From assembly GCF_964194155.1 (NCBI RefSeq), contig NC_135905.1, positions 8,928,001-8,992,000 on the forward strand: DNA of 64,000 bases. The letters run 5' to 3'. Below, in pieces: positions 47,446-61,205 of the stretch. Source of the stretch: Cetorhinus maximus (taxonomy: Eukaryota). Position 1 is the first letter of the stretch; each line of letters starts with the position of its first letter. The notes under the pieces are model-generated. The model ran no database searches. It was not told the DNA's origin and saw nothing but the letters and a program-made list of their open reading frames with translations. The position numbers were made by a program, and so were the translations under genes.

Positions 47446-47931
47446 GTGAGTGCTTGGTGTATGTTCCTAAACACATGGTAATGAAAAAGACTCAGAACTT
47501 TTTTTTTTATTGCATATGCTCTTAGAAAAATAAAGACCCTGAGCAACTGAGATTAGAATTCACAGGATAACTTATCTTTGTCACTGTTAGAATGTCTTTG
47601 TGAGCATTCCTGTTTAGGGTATGTTGTTACATTCTTTCCTATACATCGTTGGAATGCAGGTCCACACTTAATCTAGTGAGCTAATGATCTCCTGTCCAAA
47701 AGAGGCTGGTTGCCTCTGCCTGCCATAAAAGGAGAAAGACAAATTGGAAGACCTGTCAACTGCACTTCTGGGCAGGCAGTTATAAAACAGTATTGGCAGG
47801 TCTCCTATGTGGACCCTTATCTTGGAAGTGGTGTGTGGCCAGGTGGGGTAGCTTTGATCAGGGTGAAAGTTGTTTAAATATAGAATTTATGTTCTTTTGG
47901 AAAAGTAAATCACATGTGGTAACTGTTACAG

Positions 47932-48118
47932 ATTTCACAAGCTAATCTGGAGCAACCATGGCACAAGCCCTAATGGAGTCATAGCAGCAGGAGGTGATAC
48001 AGGAACTATCACCCTTTACAGCGCAGAACAGATCCTCATATCGGGAAATGATCCCATCATTGGACAGAGTGAGAAGCATGCGGGTCCTGTCCGAGGACTG
48101 GATTTTAACCCCTTCCAG
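47932..48118 (+). CDS. SEC31B: SEC31B coding exon 3
   Basis: FHKLIWSNHGTSPNGVIAAGGDTGTITLYSAEQILISGNDPIIGQSEKHAGPVRGLDFNPFQ (WD40); CAG|..|GTATTG. Confidence 0.95.
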
Positions 48119-50324
48119 GTATTGAGACTACGTTTTCGTTTTGTTTTACAAGCAGATGCGCTTGAGCAACTCCTGAATTAACAGCTATCTGCCCTCATAG
48201 TTCTATAAACTGAAAATATTAATCCCATTGTGAAATTTTGGCAAATATAAAATATTGACTGAAAGTTCACAATATACTGGAACATGACAATATGTACAAA
48301 CTTGCAGCAGAAAGACTGTTGCAACCTTGCACATCCAAAAGTCTAGCAAATAGTTTATCCTGATAAAGTCAATGTTTTACTCCCAAATCAGGAGTGCAGT
48401 GTGCTGGATTCAGTGTAAAGCTTTCTCTACGCTGCTGATCATGCAGCCCCAGGTCTTGTGCAGCGTCATAACTTAGGAAACAGTTGATTAATAAGTACAG
48501 TATTTACCTTGTCATCTTTGGCATTCACCCCAGTAGATATATATGGCTGTATACATACCTATATATGTCTATGTCTGTATGTTATATCCCTAGGATAATG
48601 TTGCTGGGAGGTCCTAATATATGCAGGAACTCAGGCAACATAATCGCAGGGATCATTAGTAAAAATCACTTGAACAATATATCATTTTCTGACCTTGGAT
48701 TATTCTTTACCCTTTAGCCTTTTTTGTTGTTCTTGGTGAGAAATGTTACCGCTGTGAATTGGAACTCTCCCCATTTCAGGCACGGTGTCAAAGTCAGTCA
48801 CTGCCACGTTAGCTACAGTGCAAGAATAAGAGCAAAATTCCCTCTCTGCCCAATCAGCATCCCTCAGTCCAACCTCAAAAGATCACCGGTATCACTTTTC
48901 CTTTCCACTGCAGCCATCTTACAGACTCTCCTAATGAGTACCAACTTATGTTGAATTTAGGAATGCTTTGGTGCTTACGATGACCTTAAAATTTCACATT
49001 GTATCCTGACAATGAGCAGATGGTGGATACTTGCACCATGCTGGAGTTGAGCGCAGGTCTACCAAAATGGAAAATCTTTTGACCGCCTGACTGCTGCAAA
49101 GAAATTGTTAGAACGACAAGAGAAAATTCATTCGTATAATCCTGAGGTCCTGTAAGGATCTTTGGTTTTCGTATTGATGTGACTTCTCTGTGTTAAGGTG
49201 GTTACAGGAACTTTGGAAAGATACCAAACCTTCTAGGGCAGCAGATGCATGGGAACACCGCCACATGCAAGCTCCCCTACAAGTCATGCTTTATCCTGAC
49301 TTTGGAAATATATTGCCATTCCTTTATTGCCCCTGGGTGAAAAATTTGGAGCTCCTTCCCTTGTAGCACTGTGGGTGTACCTACACCACATGGGCAACAA
49401 CAGTTCAAAGCAGCTCACTTACCACCCTTCCTTGGGTGTTTAGGATTGGGCAATAAATGCTGTCTTTCCCAGTGATGCCCACATCTTATCAACAAGCAAT
49501 AAAAACAGATACGTACTATCAGAAACTGAGAGTTTGATTCTCCCGCCTCCGCCAACCCCCTCCTCTCATTGGAAATGGTTGAATGGATAAATTTTCCTAA
49601 GAACATGCTGACAGGAACAGCAAGAACTATTGATGTTCCTGATTTTAAATGTTCAACTCAATTTAGTGTAAAACGGCACTCCATTTTAGTTGCACCAATG
49701 GGCATCTTATCTGCTTAGAAATCTAGGCGAGTAGTTTTATCCTGTACAGTGTGTTCTTACAGGGTAGTATTTTTTCTGCCTTTGGTCTTCTAATTTCCCC
49801 AGTAAACAATTCTGTCGGATTTGGCATTTAACTATGCAATCTGAGTTATACTGACATGGCAGAGAGTTAAGATGGGCTCCCTCAAGAGTTGTGGTTTTCT
49901 GAGAAAACTTATCGAATAATAAGCGTGAAGTGTTGGGAGGCAGGGGAAAATCTCCGCAGCAATTACCCATGTCAAATGTGGAACAGTCAGATTAGTCTAA
50001 TGATTAGCTATGACCATTGAACCAAAAAATAAAACCCCAAAAGGTAAAGAATCTATGGTTAGAAAATACCGTATTGGTCAAGTGATGCTATCGGTTTAGC
50101 CCACGAGCTTTTTTTTTTATTAACGATCCCTGGTATTCTTATCTCATGCTGTAAAGTGACATGAATTGAACACTGACATGGACACAGATTTGGCCAATGA
50201 AGTTTCTCAAAAAAGAGCATTTTTCTGCTAGGATTTGAAGTTTCTGCTCATTTTTCTCTTTGGTTAGATCCCTCTGGCCAAAACCCATTGGGAGTATTGC
50301 ATTCAGTAGTGAATACCGCACCAC

Positions 50325-50822
50325 AGGCATCTATTGGCTTGGAGGGAGTGCAGTGCAGATTCACCAGAATGACACTAGGGCTCAAAGGGCTAAAATATGA
50401 GGGCTGTTAATGTAGCCTGGGGATGATACTTCCCTTGAGTATAGAAGATTAAGGAATGACCTAATAGAGGTGTTTGAGATGATTTCAGGATTTGATCGGA
50501 TAGATAGAGAGAAACTATTTCATTTGGTGAGTGAGGGCAGACAACAGGGAAATAATCATAAAGTTAGAGCTGTATCATTCAGGAGTGATGTCAGGAAGCA
50601 CTTCCTTTCACATAGGAAAGTGAGAGACTGGAGCTCCCATCCCTAAAAGAAACTGTTGTCGCTGGCGGTCAATTGAAAATTTTAATATAGAGCATATGAT
50701 AGCTTTTTTTTAACATAAGGATATTAAGGGATATGGAACCAAACTGGGCAAATAAGTGTTGGAATGCAAATCACCCATGGTGTAATTGAATGATGGAAGA
50801 GACTCAACTAACTGAGTGGCCT
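50325..50822 (+). mobile_element. CR1-type LINE 3' fragment
   Basis: TTGGAGGGAGTGCAGTGCAGATTCACCAGAATG ... GAGTGGCCTACTC..TTCCTATGTTCCT tail. Confidence 0.7.
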
Positions 50823-50903
50823 ACTCAGGTTCCTATGTTCCTCAAGTGTTGAGTTTAATTTTTTAATGTTATCTGTTCTGTTTTGTTTTCATATTTTCTT
50901 TAG

Positions 50904-50999
50904 AACAACCTTATGGCTTCTGGAGCTAATGATTCTGAGATATATATCTGGGATTTAAATAACTTCAATACACCGATGACACCGGGAGCAAAGTCCCAG
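50904..50999 (+). CDS. SEC31B: SEC31B coding exon 4
   Basis: [32 protein letters not shown]; TAG|..|GTATGT; 96 nt. Confidence 0.96.
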
Positions 51000-51428
51000 G
51001 TATGTTGAACTCATTACTAATGGTTAGCAATGCTGAACCTGTGTCTTTGATAACGCGGGTTATCAAAGAAGCACTTGGTCCAGGGGTGGGGCTGTCTGTG
51101 GGGTGTTAATGTACCCTAATTTTGAGTGCCAACCACTGTTGGTGGGTGCAGATATTTTAGGCTCCTTTGTGTGAGAGAAGCCACTTGAAAACAGAATGCT
51201 AGTCTTAATACTGCTGTGTTTAAGTCCTGGAGTGAATAAATTTTATGTGATTAAAATAATTGTCAGAATTACCCTCAGTATCAGTATTTGTGATTCAGTA
51301 ACTGGAACTTGCAATATTTTTCCAAACTGTGCATTATTGCACACTATAAGAATGTTCAGTTAACTTTTAATGCAATACAAGTAACATCGCTCTTTTGCTC
51401 TCTCTCTTTCCTGTCTATCCATCCACAG

Positions 51429-51437
51429 CAAAGAGAG
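51429..51437 (+). CDS. SEC31B: Candidate 9-nt cassette microexon (Gln-Arg-Glu) of SEC31B
   Basis: Long pyrimidine tract + CACAG|CAAAGAGAG|GTAAGG; lies in a phase-0 intron, so it preserves the frame. Confidence 0.5.
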
Positions 51438-54400
51438 GTAAGGATTGAAGTACACGTTCTGCAGATGTAGCCTGGTAACGTAGAGATCTGCAGAATTAAC
51501 CTCGTTTGTTCAATTTCTCCACTTTGGTTGCAGCCCTCCATCTTTGTCTGCTTCTTTGTCTGGCTTTCTCTTTACTCACCCTCCCTCTGTTTTGTTTCTT
51601 TCTTCGCAGCACAAACCACAGTTGTGTATATGTCTATCCCTATCTAGAGCATTGCCTGTGTATTTCTCTTCTCATTGCTCACAATGAGTGTGTACCCCCC
51701 TGCTTTGCCACCGCCTTTGTCTGCCATGGGCGTGTGCCTCCCTGCTCTGCCCTCCTTATCTATAGTGGAGCAAATCTTTGGCTTAATAGTAGGATCCTGA
51801 GTCAGAAGACTCAGGTTTGAATCCTGCCCCAGACAGTCCCAGTTGGTGGAGACAGGAGTTCCAGCTCTGAATTCTGAGTTGACGTGACAATTACACTCAT
51901 CCTGTGGGTGAGAGTCTCCTCCATTTCCCCACCCCACACTACCCTAACCCACCCACCATTGTATAGGTTATGGGGACCCATAAAGCCCTTCCGTCGTTTA
52001 TGGGCTTAATGCCTTTTTTGTCTGGTATAATGATGGTTATGCTCACAGATGGAGTGTTTATGCTAATCGGCCTGCAAATCCTTCTATTACTTCACAATAC
52101 TCTAAGAGTTGAATGTGAAGACATGAAAACAACATTTGCAATGTATGTGCCTATTCTCATTGTCTATAATGTGTAGTCTCTTTCTTCCTCTCCATTCTGT
52201 TCACAGTATTCACCATATGTGCGTTAGTCCCTTTCTACCTCCACTCTCCACATGATTCACAATGTCTGTGTCTCCACTGTGTCCAGACTCTCCACTGTCC
52301 AGGCTTTCAGCAATGTCTCCTTCCCATCAGGTTGTTTATGCCTTGCTGTGTTTCTGCCTACATTTTTGCTCATGCTGCTCTCTCCTTTAGCCACAGTGGT
52401 GCCCCTTCTCATCTCTCCATGCTGTTTGGTACTTGTCTACACGTTCTCTGATGTATGAGTGGTATTTCCGGTTGCATATTGGCTCTGGTGTCTCTTTACT
52501 ATTCCCCCCTTGGTTCTGCTCTTTCTATCCTCTTTCTACCTGTCTTGTGCTCTGTGCACAATTACATATAAAAATGTGGCAGAATTGTGTGATTTACATA
52601 CGAATTAGGAGCAGGAGTAGACCATTCAGTCCCTTGAGCCTGTGATGGTAGAGGCTGCAACGTTCTTGCCATCACATGGCTGGCCAAGAATCTCTCCCAC
52701 TCTTGCCGCCTGCCGTTGGTGTGTTGGAAGGAGTTGCAGATTGATTCTCAACCTGTTTGGCTGCGTTATGAATGCACCTTCATTGGCCATCAAGTCCTGG
52801 AGTGGGACTCGAGCTTGGAGTTTCTGGCTCAGAGGCAGGAGTGCTACCTACTGCACCACAAGACCTGCCAAGTATTGGATACATTGGGGGCCATATAAAA
52901 TGCTCACAGTAATAATAGAAATTCACAGCATAAAAGACTGAAAAATCAGGGTTAACAGATGATCAAGTGAGCAGTGGAGGGTGGCGTTAAGATTGGCAGG
53001 GCTATGGATAAGGCCATGTCTGCATAAAAATGCTAGGAATTGGGTAAACATGAGCAAAGCATTAGTTGGAGAGTTGATGGAAGTGCAGGTGCATGATTGT
53101 TGTTCAAAGGGCACCAGTGTCTCCACAGGGCACCAGAATGGCCCATGGAGAATGTGGTTCACCACTGATGTTCATTGATAGAAAACACCAGAGTGGGCAA
53201 GCAAATTAACAGCAAGAATTAGACAAGAACAGTGTACAAAACATGGACCACAGAATAGATTTCACAGGCAGCAGTCATGGAGGCTGTTCAAGATTAGCAA
53301 AGTTAAAATGTGAGATGAGCAAGCCAACCTATCCACAGTTTGTATGTTTAAATAAATAAACTTCACTCTAGTGTTGGCGCCGTGAGATTCAAAAGTGCTT
53401 CTTTACGAGCATAAACTGGGTTTCAGACTGATGGGATAAAAGTTTGTTACTTTAAAGCACTTTTACACCACAACAATTCAAGTGGTTAAATGCTGTGGTA
53501 CAAAGTCTACAGACCAGAAGGTCCCAAGTTGCAATTTTAATCTGTATTTTTTTAATTCTTTCATGGGATGTTGGCATCACTGGCAAAGCCAGCCTTTGTT
53601 GCCCACCCCAAATTGCCCTTGAACTGAGTGACTTTCAAAGCCATTTCAGAGGGCAGTTAAGAGTCAACCACATTGCGATGGGCCTGGAGTCACATGTAGG
53701 CCAGGCCAGGTAAGGATGGCAGTTCTCATCCCTTAAAGGGCATCAGTGAACCATGTAGATTTTTACGACAATCGGTTATTTTTTAATATTTGTTCGTGGG
53801 GTGTGGACGTCGCTGGTTAGGCCAGCATTTGTTGCCCAGCCCTAATTTCGCTTGAGAAGGTGGTGGTTAGCTTGAACCGCTGCAGACCGTGTGGTATAGG
53901 TACAGCCACAGTGCTGTTATTAATTGAATTTAAATCCACCAGCTGCTGTGATGAGATTTGAACCCATGCTAACAGAGAGGATTAGCCTGGGCATCATAGT
54001 TACCAATATGCCACCATCTCCCCCAGTAGCTACATGTTGAGCTAGATGATCTAAGCTGGGCTATTAAAATTAACTTCATTGCCTGGGATAAGAATTATGT
54101 TCCTGATTGCTGTCTGGTGAACCCTGCTAGAAGGTGTGTCGACGTTAGCTGAGGATAGGATAGGCACTGCTGTGATTCCTCTGTAGCTGAATAACTTGTT
54201 GACACTTGGCAACCTGACTTACACTTGGACATACTGGAAGGCTGTCCATGCCAATGGAAGAGTAGGAGTTTCCACCAGAATTTAGGGAAAATTGTCTTTT
54301 TTCAAGTTAAGTGCAGATTAATTAAGGCTCAAAATTGACCATAATTTTCCAGTGGTTTGAGTCTCATAATGATTGCTGTCATGGAAATGGAAATGTCATA

Positions 54401-55584
54401 TTGATGCATCTTGAGTTCAGAGTTAAGGCACATTTCTGAGGTACAACAGCGTCTTTTGTTTTGCACCTGGCCGTTCTGCACTTGACTGGGTACTTCTTAT
54501 CTTTGATGGCAGCAAGGGTGAAAAGTGGAGGAGCATTCCGATCGTCGGCATTGACTGGCTATGTCAGGATGAGCACAAATGTAGAATTTTTTTAAAAAAT
54601 TTAACATTTTGTAACGGACTTTTTGGCCCCCTTCACATTCTGCTTTACCTAGGAAATTCAGGCGACCAAATCTTAGAAATCCACAAATCCTATCAATCTG
54701 TGTTGGGCCATGAAGCAATGTTTGGAAGAGATGTGCAAAGTTATGTTCTTCTCTTCTTCTTCAACTCCATTCGACTACTGGTGCATTACTTGCTCCTCGT
54801 AGCCCAGCTATTTGCCTTGAGCCTCCCATCTTGCCTTTCCTAACTAGATAAAAGTGATAAACTTGCTCTTTCAATGATTTCTAGTGTGAAAGGGGCCAAA
54901 GCTAGGAGTTAACCCTGAATCTTCCAATTCAGCCTCTGTGTCAGATATGTGATCAGCTCCTTCATTTTTTCCCCCCCAATTTTCAGCTTACTATTATATT
55001 TTGTCTCCCCCTCCCTCTAACAAAAGAAATCCAGGTGAAAGGATGAATGTCTTTGAGGTCTGGTTGGTGTTTGAAGTCTCTGTTTTGTCTGGAGTATAAC
55101 TGTCCATTTCCTGCTACTTGCTCATGAATGCCCTTTGTCATCACTGACCCAGGACTGGTTCCCTGTCCCCCAATGTATTCAGTATAAAGGCTGGCCTTGT
55201 CTAAATATCTTAACAGCATTACTCACCTCTTTCATTCTCGTAATCCCTCAACTCTAGTCTTCTGACAGCATTTCTGCACCCCACCATTGGTAGTACTGCC
55301 TTGGCTCCATTGTCTTGAATTCCCTGCCCATACTCTTCCATTTTGCCATTTATCTGTCTTCTAAAACTCTACTTTTCACCCGCACTTTAGGTAATCCCTC
55401 TAATCTTTACCTCCTTGGCTTGGTGTCCTTTTTCCATTTCTGGAACGCCACGGGCCATTTTTAATGTTAATTGTTTAATATAGATACAAGCTGTTTCTTT
55501 TGTAACTTCTCGTGCCAGTGCTACTTCAGACTGCCATGGCTGTATGTTGCATGACCCCTGCTAAGTTTTTCTTTAAAGCTGTCT

Positions 55585-55717
55585 NNNNNNNNNNNNNNNN
55601 NNNNNNNNNNNNNNNNNNNNNNNNNNNNNNNNNNNNNNNNNNNNNNNNNNNNNNNNNNNNNNNNNNNNNNNNNNNNNNNNNNNNNNNNNNNNNNNNNNNN
55701 NNNNNNNNNNNNNNNNN
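55585..55717. other. Assembly gap / masked Ns
   Basis: Run of N. Confidence 0.95.
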
Positions 55718-55876
55718 ATCTGATCAGTTGGCGCTATTTCCGCAAATACAATTGCATGGGTTGTGAGGAGGGCTGGAAGTGCCTTTGAAGGATGAGTTGT
55801 ATGCTGCAGTTATAAACCATTCTAACTAATTCCGTTCTCTCACATTTGCTTAATGGGACTTTTTGAATTCATGCAG

Positions 55877-56017
55877 CCTTCTGAAGATATCAGCTGTGTA
55901 GCCTGGAATCGGCAGGTGCAGCATATCCTGGCTTCTGCCCATCCAAGCGGCAGAGCTGTGGTATGGGACCTGAGAAAGAATGAACCTATCATCAAAGTCA
56001 GTGATCACAGCAACAGG
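55877..56017 (+). CDS. SEC31B: SEC31B coding exon 5
   Basis: [47 protein letters not shown]; CAG|..|GTGAGT; SAHPSG is B-type. Confidence 0.96.
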
Positions 56018-56675
56018 GTGAGTGTATACTTGCTGATCCTTAATGCACTTTCCACTGCCTTGTGCCTTTGGGTGAAAATGTGATACTCCAATTGTTTATT
56101 GGAACTTAATTTACCAACTTATCTTTATTTAATTTTTGTGCAGTGAATATTTAAGAGAAACAAATGATTTGTGCTTTTCAAAAACAAAATCATTAGCACA
56201 AGCTGTGCACAGTGGGTGCGGGTTTGGATGAGTCCTACACTAACAGGTGAAATGCATCTGGGCTGCCTCAATCCAGTTCCTAGTAGGTATTGGCAAAATC
56301 ACCAAATTTCACTTGGATTGATACTAATGAGTAGCCTTACCGACCAATGCCAGGAATGGAGCTATCATACTATGGATTCTTCCTGTGAGACTGCGTTAAG
56401 ACACATTACTGAGGCACGAAAAGCTTTATTCAGTTTATAACTAGTGCTATACCTGCCCTAGTAGTGTCTATCGCTGACATTAAATCCCTGAAATGAGATT
56501 TCTAAACACTAGCATCCTTCACCTAATAGAGTCAGAGTTATTACAGCGCAGAAGGAGGCCATTCGGCACACTGAGCCTATGCCGGTAATGAGCATTGACA
56601 TTTGTCCAAATAAACCTAGAGCTGTGGGTTAGTTCCATGTGAAATAACTGGCATGGTTTCACTTGACTGTTGCAG

Positions 56676-56818
56676 ATGCGTTGTTCTGGAATGGCCTGGA
56701 ACCCTGAAGTTGCAACTCAACTTGTTCTTGCATCAGAAGACGATCGAATGCCTGTACTGCAGATATGGGACTTGCGGTTTGCCACTTCTCCCCTCAAAGT
56801 GCTGGAGAATCACACCAG
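56676..56818 (+). CDS. SEC31B: SEC31B coding exon 6
   Basis: [48 protein letters not shown]; CAG|..|GTATTT; 143 nt. Confidence 0.96.
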
Positions 56819-59004
56819 GTATTTAAACATCATTAAGGGACAACTGAAACACATGGGATTGCATATGCGCAATTCCAAACTTTGCTTTCTTAGGCGACAA
56901 AAGGCCGTGGTGGGCGAAGAGATGGGCTGTGTGGTGGTAGGGAATATGGTGACTCTATTGAGAGATGAGAAAACAGATCACATGATTGCTAAGAAACCAA
57001 GAGTAGAAGTGTGGATTAAGGATCTTGTGCACTCTGTTTTTGCTGGTTTGCATACAGTTGTTTCTCACAGTGAATGGTTTTGATATTTAACATTTGGGCC
57101 CCTCAATTCCCAGTCCTTTGTTTCTTGTTATTTTTGCTCTATTCTGCTTTATTATTTCTCTTGATTGTTTGTTCCTCTTTGTTCCCTGTTTTACTCAGTT
57201 CTTCCTTCATTTCTAACTTTCCTTTTTCTCATTTGTTTTTTGTGAGCCACTCCTTCCCTGGCCTTATTTATTGGACAGACTCGCTCATAGTTCTTCTGCC
57301 ACACTCCTGCCCATCCACTTTCCGCCTCCTGTCTACTTAATTGTCGGTTCATTCCTACACTCGTTTTCATGGTGAATGTGGAGAATACTACTGGGAGGTC
57401 GGGGTATCCGGGCCCCATAAACTCTGAAATTAGCTAGTTTATGCTATCAGAATCAGAACTGTTTCAGAGCTAGACTGAGGTAGCCCTGTCCTGCCCTTAA
57501 AGGCTATGAGAGAAGGATCAGACCCATCTGGTAGGAAAGGGAATTCAAGCTGTAAATCTGACAGAAACGTTTTCAAAATGAAAATATTCGTTCAGTAGTC
57601 AATTCAAGTTAAATACACATTGGCCCAAATCCCCTAGTCTCTGGATGGTCATATCCCGAAGATACCCTGGAAGATGTGATAGAGGAACCCTCAGAAGTCC
57701 CAACGTAAGGACTCTGTGGGAATTGATCAGGAAGTTTCAACTTCCAATGGGCAAATCCCCTGCGTCGGGAACCCTCTGAAAATGTCTCCAACTCAGAATT
57801 AGAGTCGGAGACTTCGGAGGATTCTAACTCACTTACTTGGCTAGTTACCCAGGAAATGTTAGATGGGAAAGAAACCATACCTAACCCTTGGGTAGCTATG
57901 CAACTGATTCCTCCCTGCCAAGGACTCCTCAACTCTCCCCCCGCCCCTCCCTGCCCAACCTCCCTGACCCTCCAACTCCCAACCTGACCAAACCTCACCG
58001 ACCTGCCACTCTACCCATGCTGCCACCTGTCCCACCCTACCACCCAACCTACTTAACTCACAGTCATTCACTTACACAAAAAAAAAAATTGCTGGAAAAA
58101 CTCAAAAGGTCTTGACAGCATCTGTGGAGAGGAAGACAGTGTTAACGTTTTGAGTCTTCATCAGAACTGAAGAGAAATAGAAATGTGGCGAAATATAAGC
58201 TGTTTAAGGGGGATGGGGCAGGTGGAACCTCATTCACTTACACACTGAAAAGCTATTTAAATGTCCGAAAGCTTTTCAATGTGTTATTTAATGAGACTTA
58301 TCAAAGTACCGCAGCTAGTGCCGTAAAAAGGGGACGTGGCTTGGCTTTCGCCAACGACCCACTCCCAGCACAGGTACGCTGCACATTTCTGAAGAGGCAC
58401 GGTTCATGGTCCAGGTGAGAAGTGCAGAGCTCTGGCGTTGGGTATAACGATTGGAGTGGCATGGCAGTCCCACAGTGATGGCCACTCCATGTCAGATTTG
58501 GCCCAAAATCTCATTTGGAGTGTGAAGGCTGGTTTGTCATGGGGAAAGGTTTACTGGCAGCTAGTACCAGCAGAGTACTGGGTTATAGGGAAGTATTGAA
58601 ATTTTTCAGCAGTTTTGTACTGGTCTAATTAATCCAGTGCTCTTGCCTCTTGATCCGTGCTGTAAGCTTCAAAAAGAGCTTCACTCAATTTCAAATGCAT
58701 AAAAGTGAAGATCACTGGTTTCAGCAGGCCGGGAAGGTGCTAAAGCTCTCGTACTGTCTTGAAATATTTGTATTACATAAACTTGTCCAGGAAAATAAAT
58801 TATACGGATTTGGAATTAATTTCCTGAATGGAATCCCCAAGAAGCATAACCTGGATCAAGCTGATCGGAAAACTGCTGCAAATGACTCAAAACTCTGGCA
58901 GCTTTAGGGCAACCAAGAGGGAAAGGATAAAAGAGAGACACGAGTCAGACTGAAAAAGAGTGGGCAAGAGTCCAGGGTCCAGGCAGAAGTAGAAGGAAAA
59001 AAGA

Positions 59005-59430
59005 AAGACTTGCATTTACATAGCTCCTTTCACAACCTCCGTACATCCCAAAGCAATTTACAGCCAGTGAAGCACTTTTAAAGTGTAGTCATTGTTGTAA
59101 TGTAGGAAACGCAGCAGCCAATTTGCACACATCAAGCTCCTGCAAACAGCAATGTGATAATGACCAGAAAATCTGGTTGATGTTGATTGAGAGGTAAATA
59201 TTGGCCAAGACACCAGTTGGCTCCACTGCTGTTGGAAATGGTACCATGAGAGAACAAGCAAGACCTTATTTTAATGTCTCATCTGAATGTCGGCACCTCC
59301 GACGGTGCAACACTCCCTCAGTACTGCACTGGCGTGTCAGCCTGGATTTTTATGTTCAAGTCTCTGGAGTGGGACTTGGACTTTCTGACTCAGAACTGAG
59401 GGTGCTACCAACTGAGTCACGGTTGACACA
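59005..59430 (-). mobile_element. SacSINE1/DeuSINE-type SINE, well preserved
   Basis: GACTTGCATTTACATAGC tail through GTCTCTGGAGTGGGACTTG..CTGAGTCACGGTTGACAC head. Confidence 0.8.
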
Positions 59431-60393
59431 GTGGGGAATACTGTCAGCCCATACAAGTAAGGGGACCCCAGCAGAGACTGGATGCCACTGCAGTTGTGCA
59501 TTCCTAGAGCCCAGGAGATAGCGACAAGGCTGGCCGAGGCGAGGAGTACCTGTAGCAGAAATGCAGCTTAATTCAACCCCTGGGATCTAAGAGAAGGCTA
59601 GGCTTTTGCAGGGTGTAAATCCCAACATAGAGTGAATAAAGAGCACTGTCATTTTTAAAAGTATTTTTGTTCTCATTATCATGTTGAGAGTAAATGGTAT
59701 AGTGGCTGGAAAGTAACAAGGCTATCAAAACATTACTAACACTTTGGCTGATTTAATTGGAATGTGTGCTCGGTGCAAGACGTCAATTTTCTAGGTTGAT
59801 AACATGTTATGATCCGAGTTGATACTGATACAAGTTGTTAATGTGTTCAAAACCTTAAAATGTGTCTAATAGGGACATCAGAAAGTGAAGGACTAGAAAA
59901 CTCTGCACCCCTGGCCATTTTCAGAGCCTGTCAGGCGGGAATTGTATGTCTGTAAATTACCCAGATGCTCGATTTGATGGATGCTTTAAATTTTTTGTGT
60001 GTGTATACCGTATTTTATTTAGGCGAGTGGACAGGTGGTTGCTCAGTCTTTTCCTGTAGAATTCACAGGCTAGCTGGTAAGGTGTGTAAGAGCAACCATT
60101 AGTGACTTTCCTTCCTTCCTCTCCTGCAAAGCAGTTACCTGCATTTTGCTTAGTGAATGTCCCATTTCTTGTGACTGGAAACTTGTGCTTCAGGAAATGT
60201 TTTGCCCAAGATGTCTGTTGTCTTCTCCTGTAACTTCTCTCCCTCCTCCACCCATCCAGCAATGCCTTAAGTTAGACCTTGTACTGCGAGGAATCACAGG
60301 AAACGAAACTGCACCCTGTGACTCTGCTACTTTTTTTTTAAAGTATAGGTTTTGTTCAATTTAATCTCTAATATTTATCATTCTATCATTCAG

Positions 60394-60493
60394 AGGCATT
60401 CTCTCAATATCGTGGTGTCAGGCTGATGCAGAGTTGCTCCTAAGCAGTGCAAAGGACAATAGGATCTTGTGCTGGAATCCCAACACTGGAGAG
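60394..60493 (+). CDS. SEC31B: SEC31B coding exon 7
   Basis: [33 protein letters not shown]; CAG|..|GTGAGT; 100 nt. Confidence 0.96.
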
Positions 60494-60750
60494 GTGAGTG
60501 ACCGTCACTTACAGAAATAATGAGTTCAATCTCGTGAAGAGCCATATGCAGTAGAAATAAATTTTTATGACTCTAGATGATGTAAAAGACCGTTAACTTC
60601 TGTATAAACCATGGTAGTTGATCTGTTAATGGGAACAAATTCTGGCTCAAGTAACACCAGCCTAATGGACAATTTTTCTAACTCTTACAATCTGATGTGG
60701 AGGTGCTCTGTTTTGAGCATACACTAACTGTTGTTGATAATTGATTTCAG

Positions 60751-60912
60751 GTGGTCTACGAGCTGCCAACCAGCAGACAATGGTGCTTCGATGTCCAGTG
60801 GTGCCCTCGAAATCCAGCAGTCCTCTCAGCTGCTTCCTTTGATGGGCGAATCAGTGTTTATTCTGTAATGGGAGGGAGCCTGGAAGCACAGAAACAAAGC
60901 CATGTTGATAAA
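60751..60912 (+). CDS. SEC31B: SEC31B coding exon 8
   Basis: [54 protein letters not shown]; CAG|..|GTAAGG; 162 nt. Confidence 0.96.
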
Positions 60913-60929
60913 GTAAGGTCCCACACACG

Positions 60930-61205
60930 GTCATGTGATGATGACCACGTAATCTGCTTTTGTGATGTTGATTGAGAGATAAATATTGCTCTTCTTCAAA
61001 GTGTGATCTTTTATGTCCAGCCGAGAGGGCAGCCTTGGTTTTACGTCTCAACCGAAAGATGGCGCCTCCAACTGTGCAGCACTCCCTTAGTACTGCAGTG
61101 GAGCATCAGCCTTGATTTTTGTGCTCAAATGTCTGGAGTGGGGACTTGAACCCACAATCTTTTAACTCAAAAGCTGAGAATGCTATTGACTGGACCACAG
61201 CTGAT
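60930..61205 (-). mobile_element. SacSINE1/DeuSINE-type SINE
   Basis: GAGAGATAAATATTG, GTGCAGCACTCCCTTAGTACTGCA, CTGGAGTGGGGACTTGAACCCACAA. Confidence 0.75.

Noticed and set aside
57621-58505. Possible Harbinger-type MITE (GGCCCAAATC...GATTTGGCCC)
   Set aside because: Inverted match too short and no clear TSD
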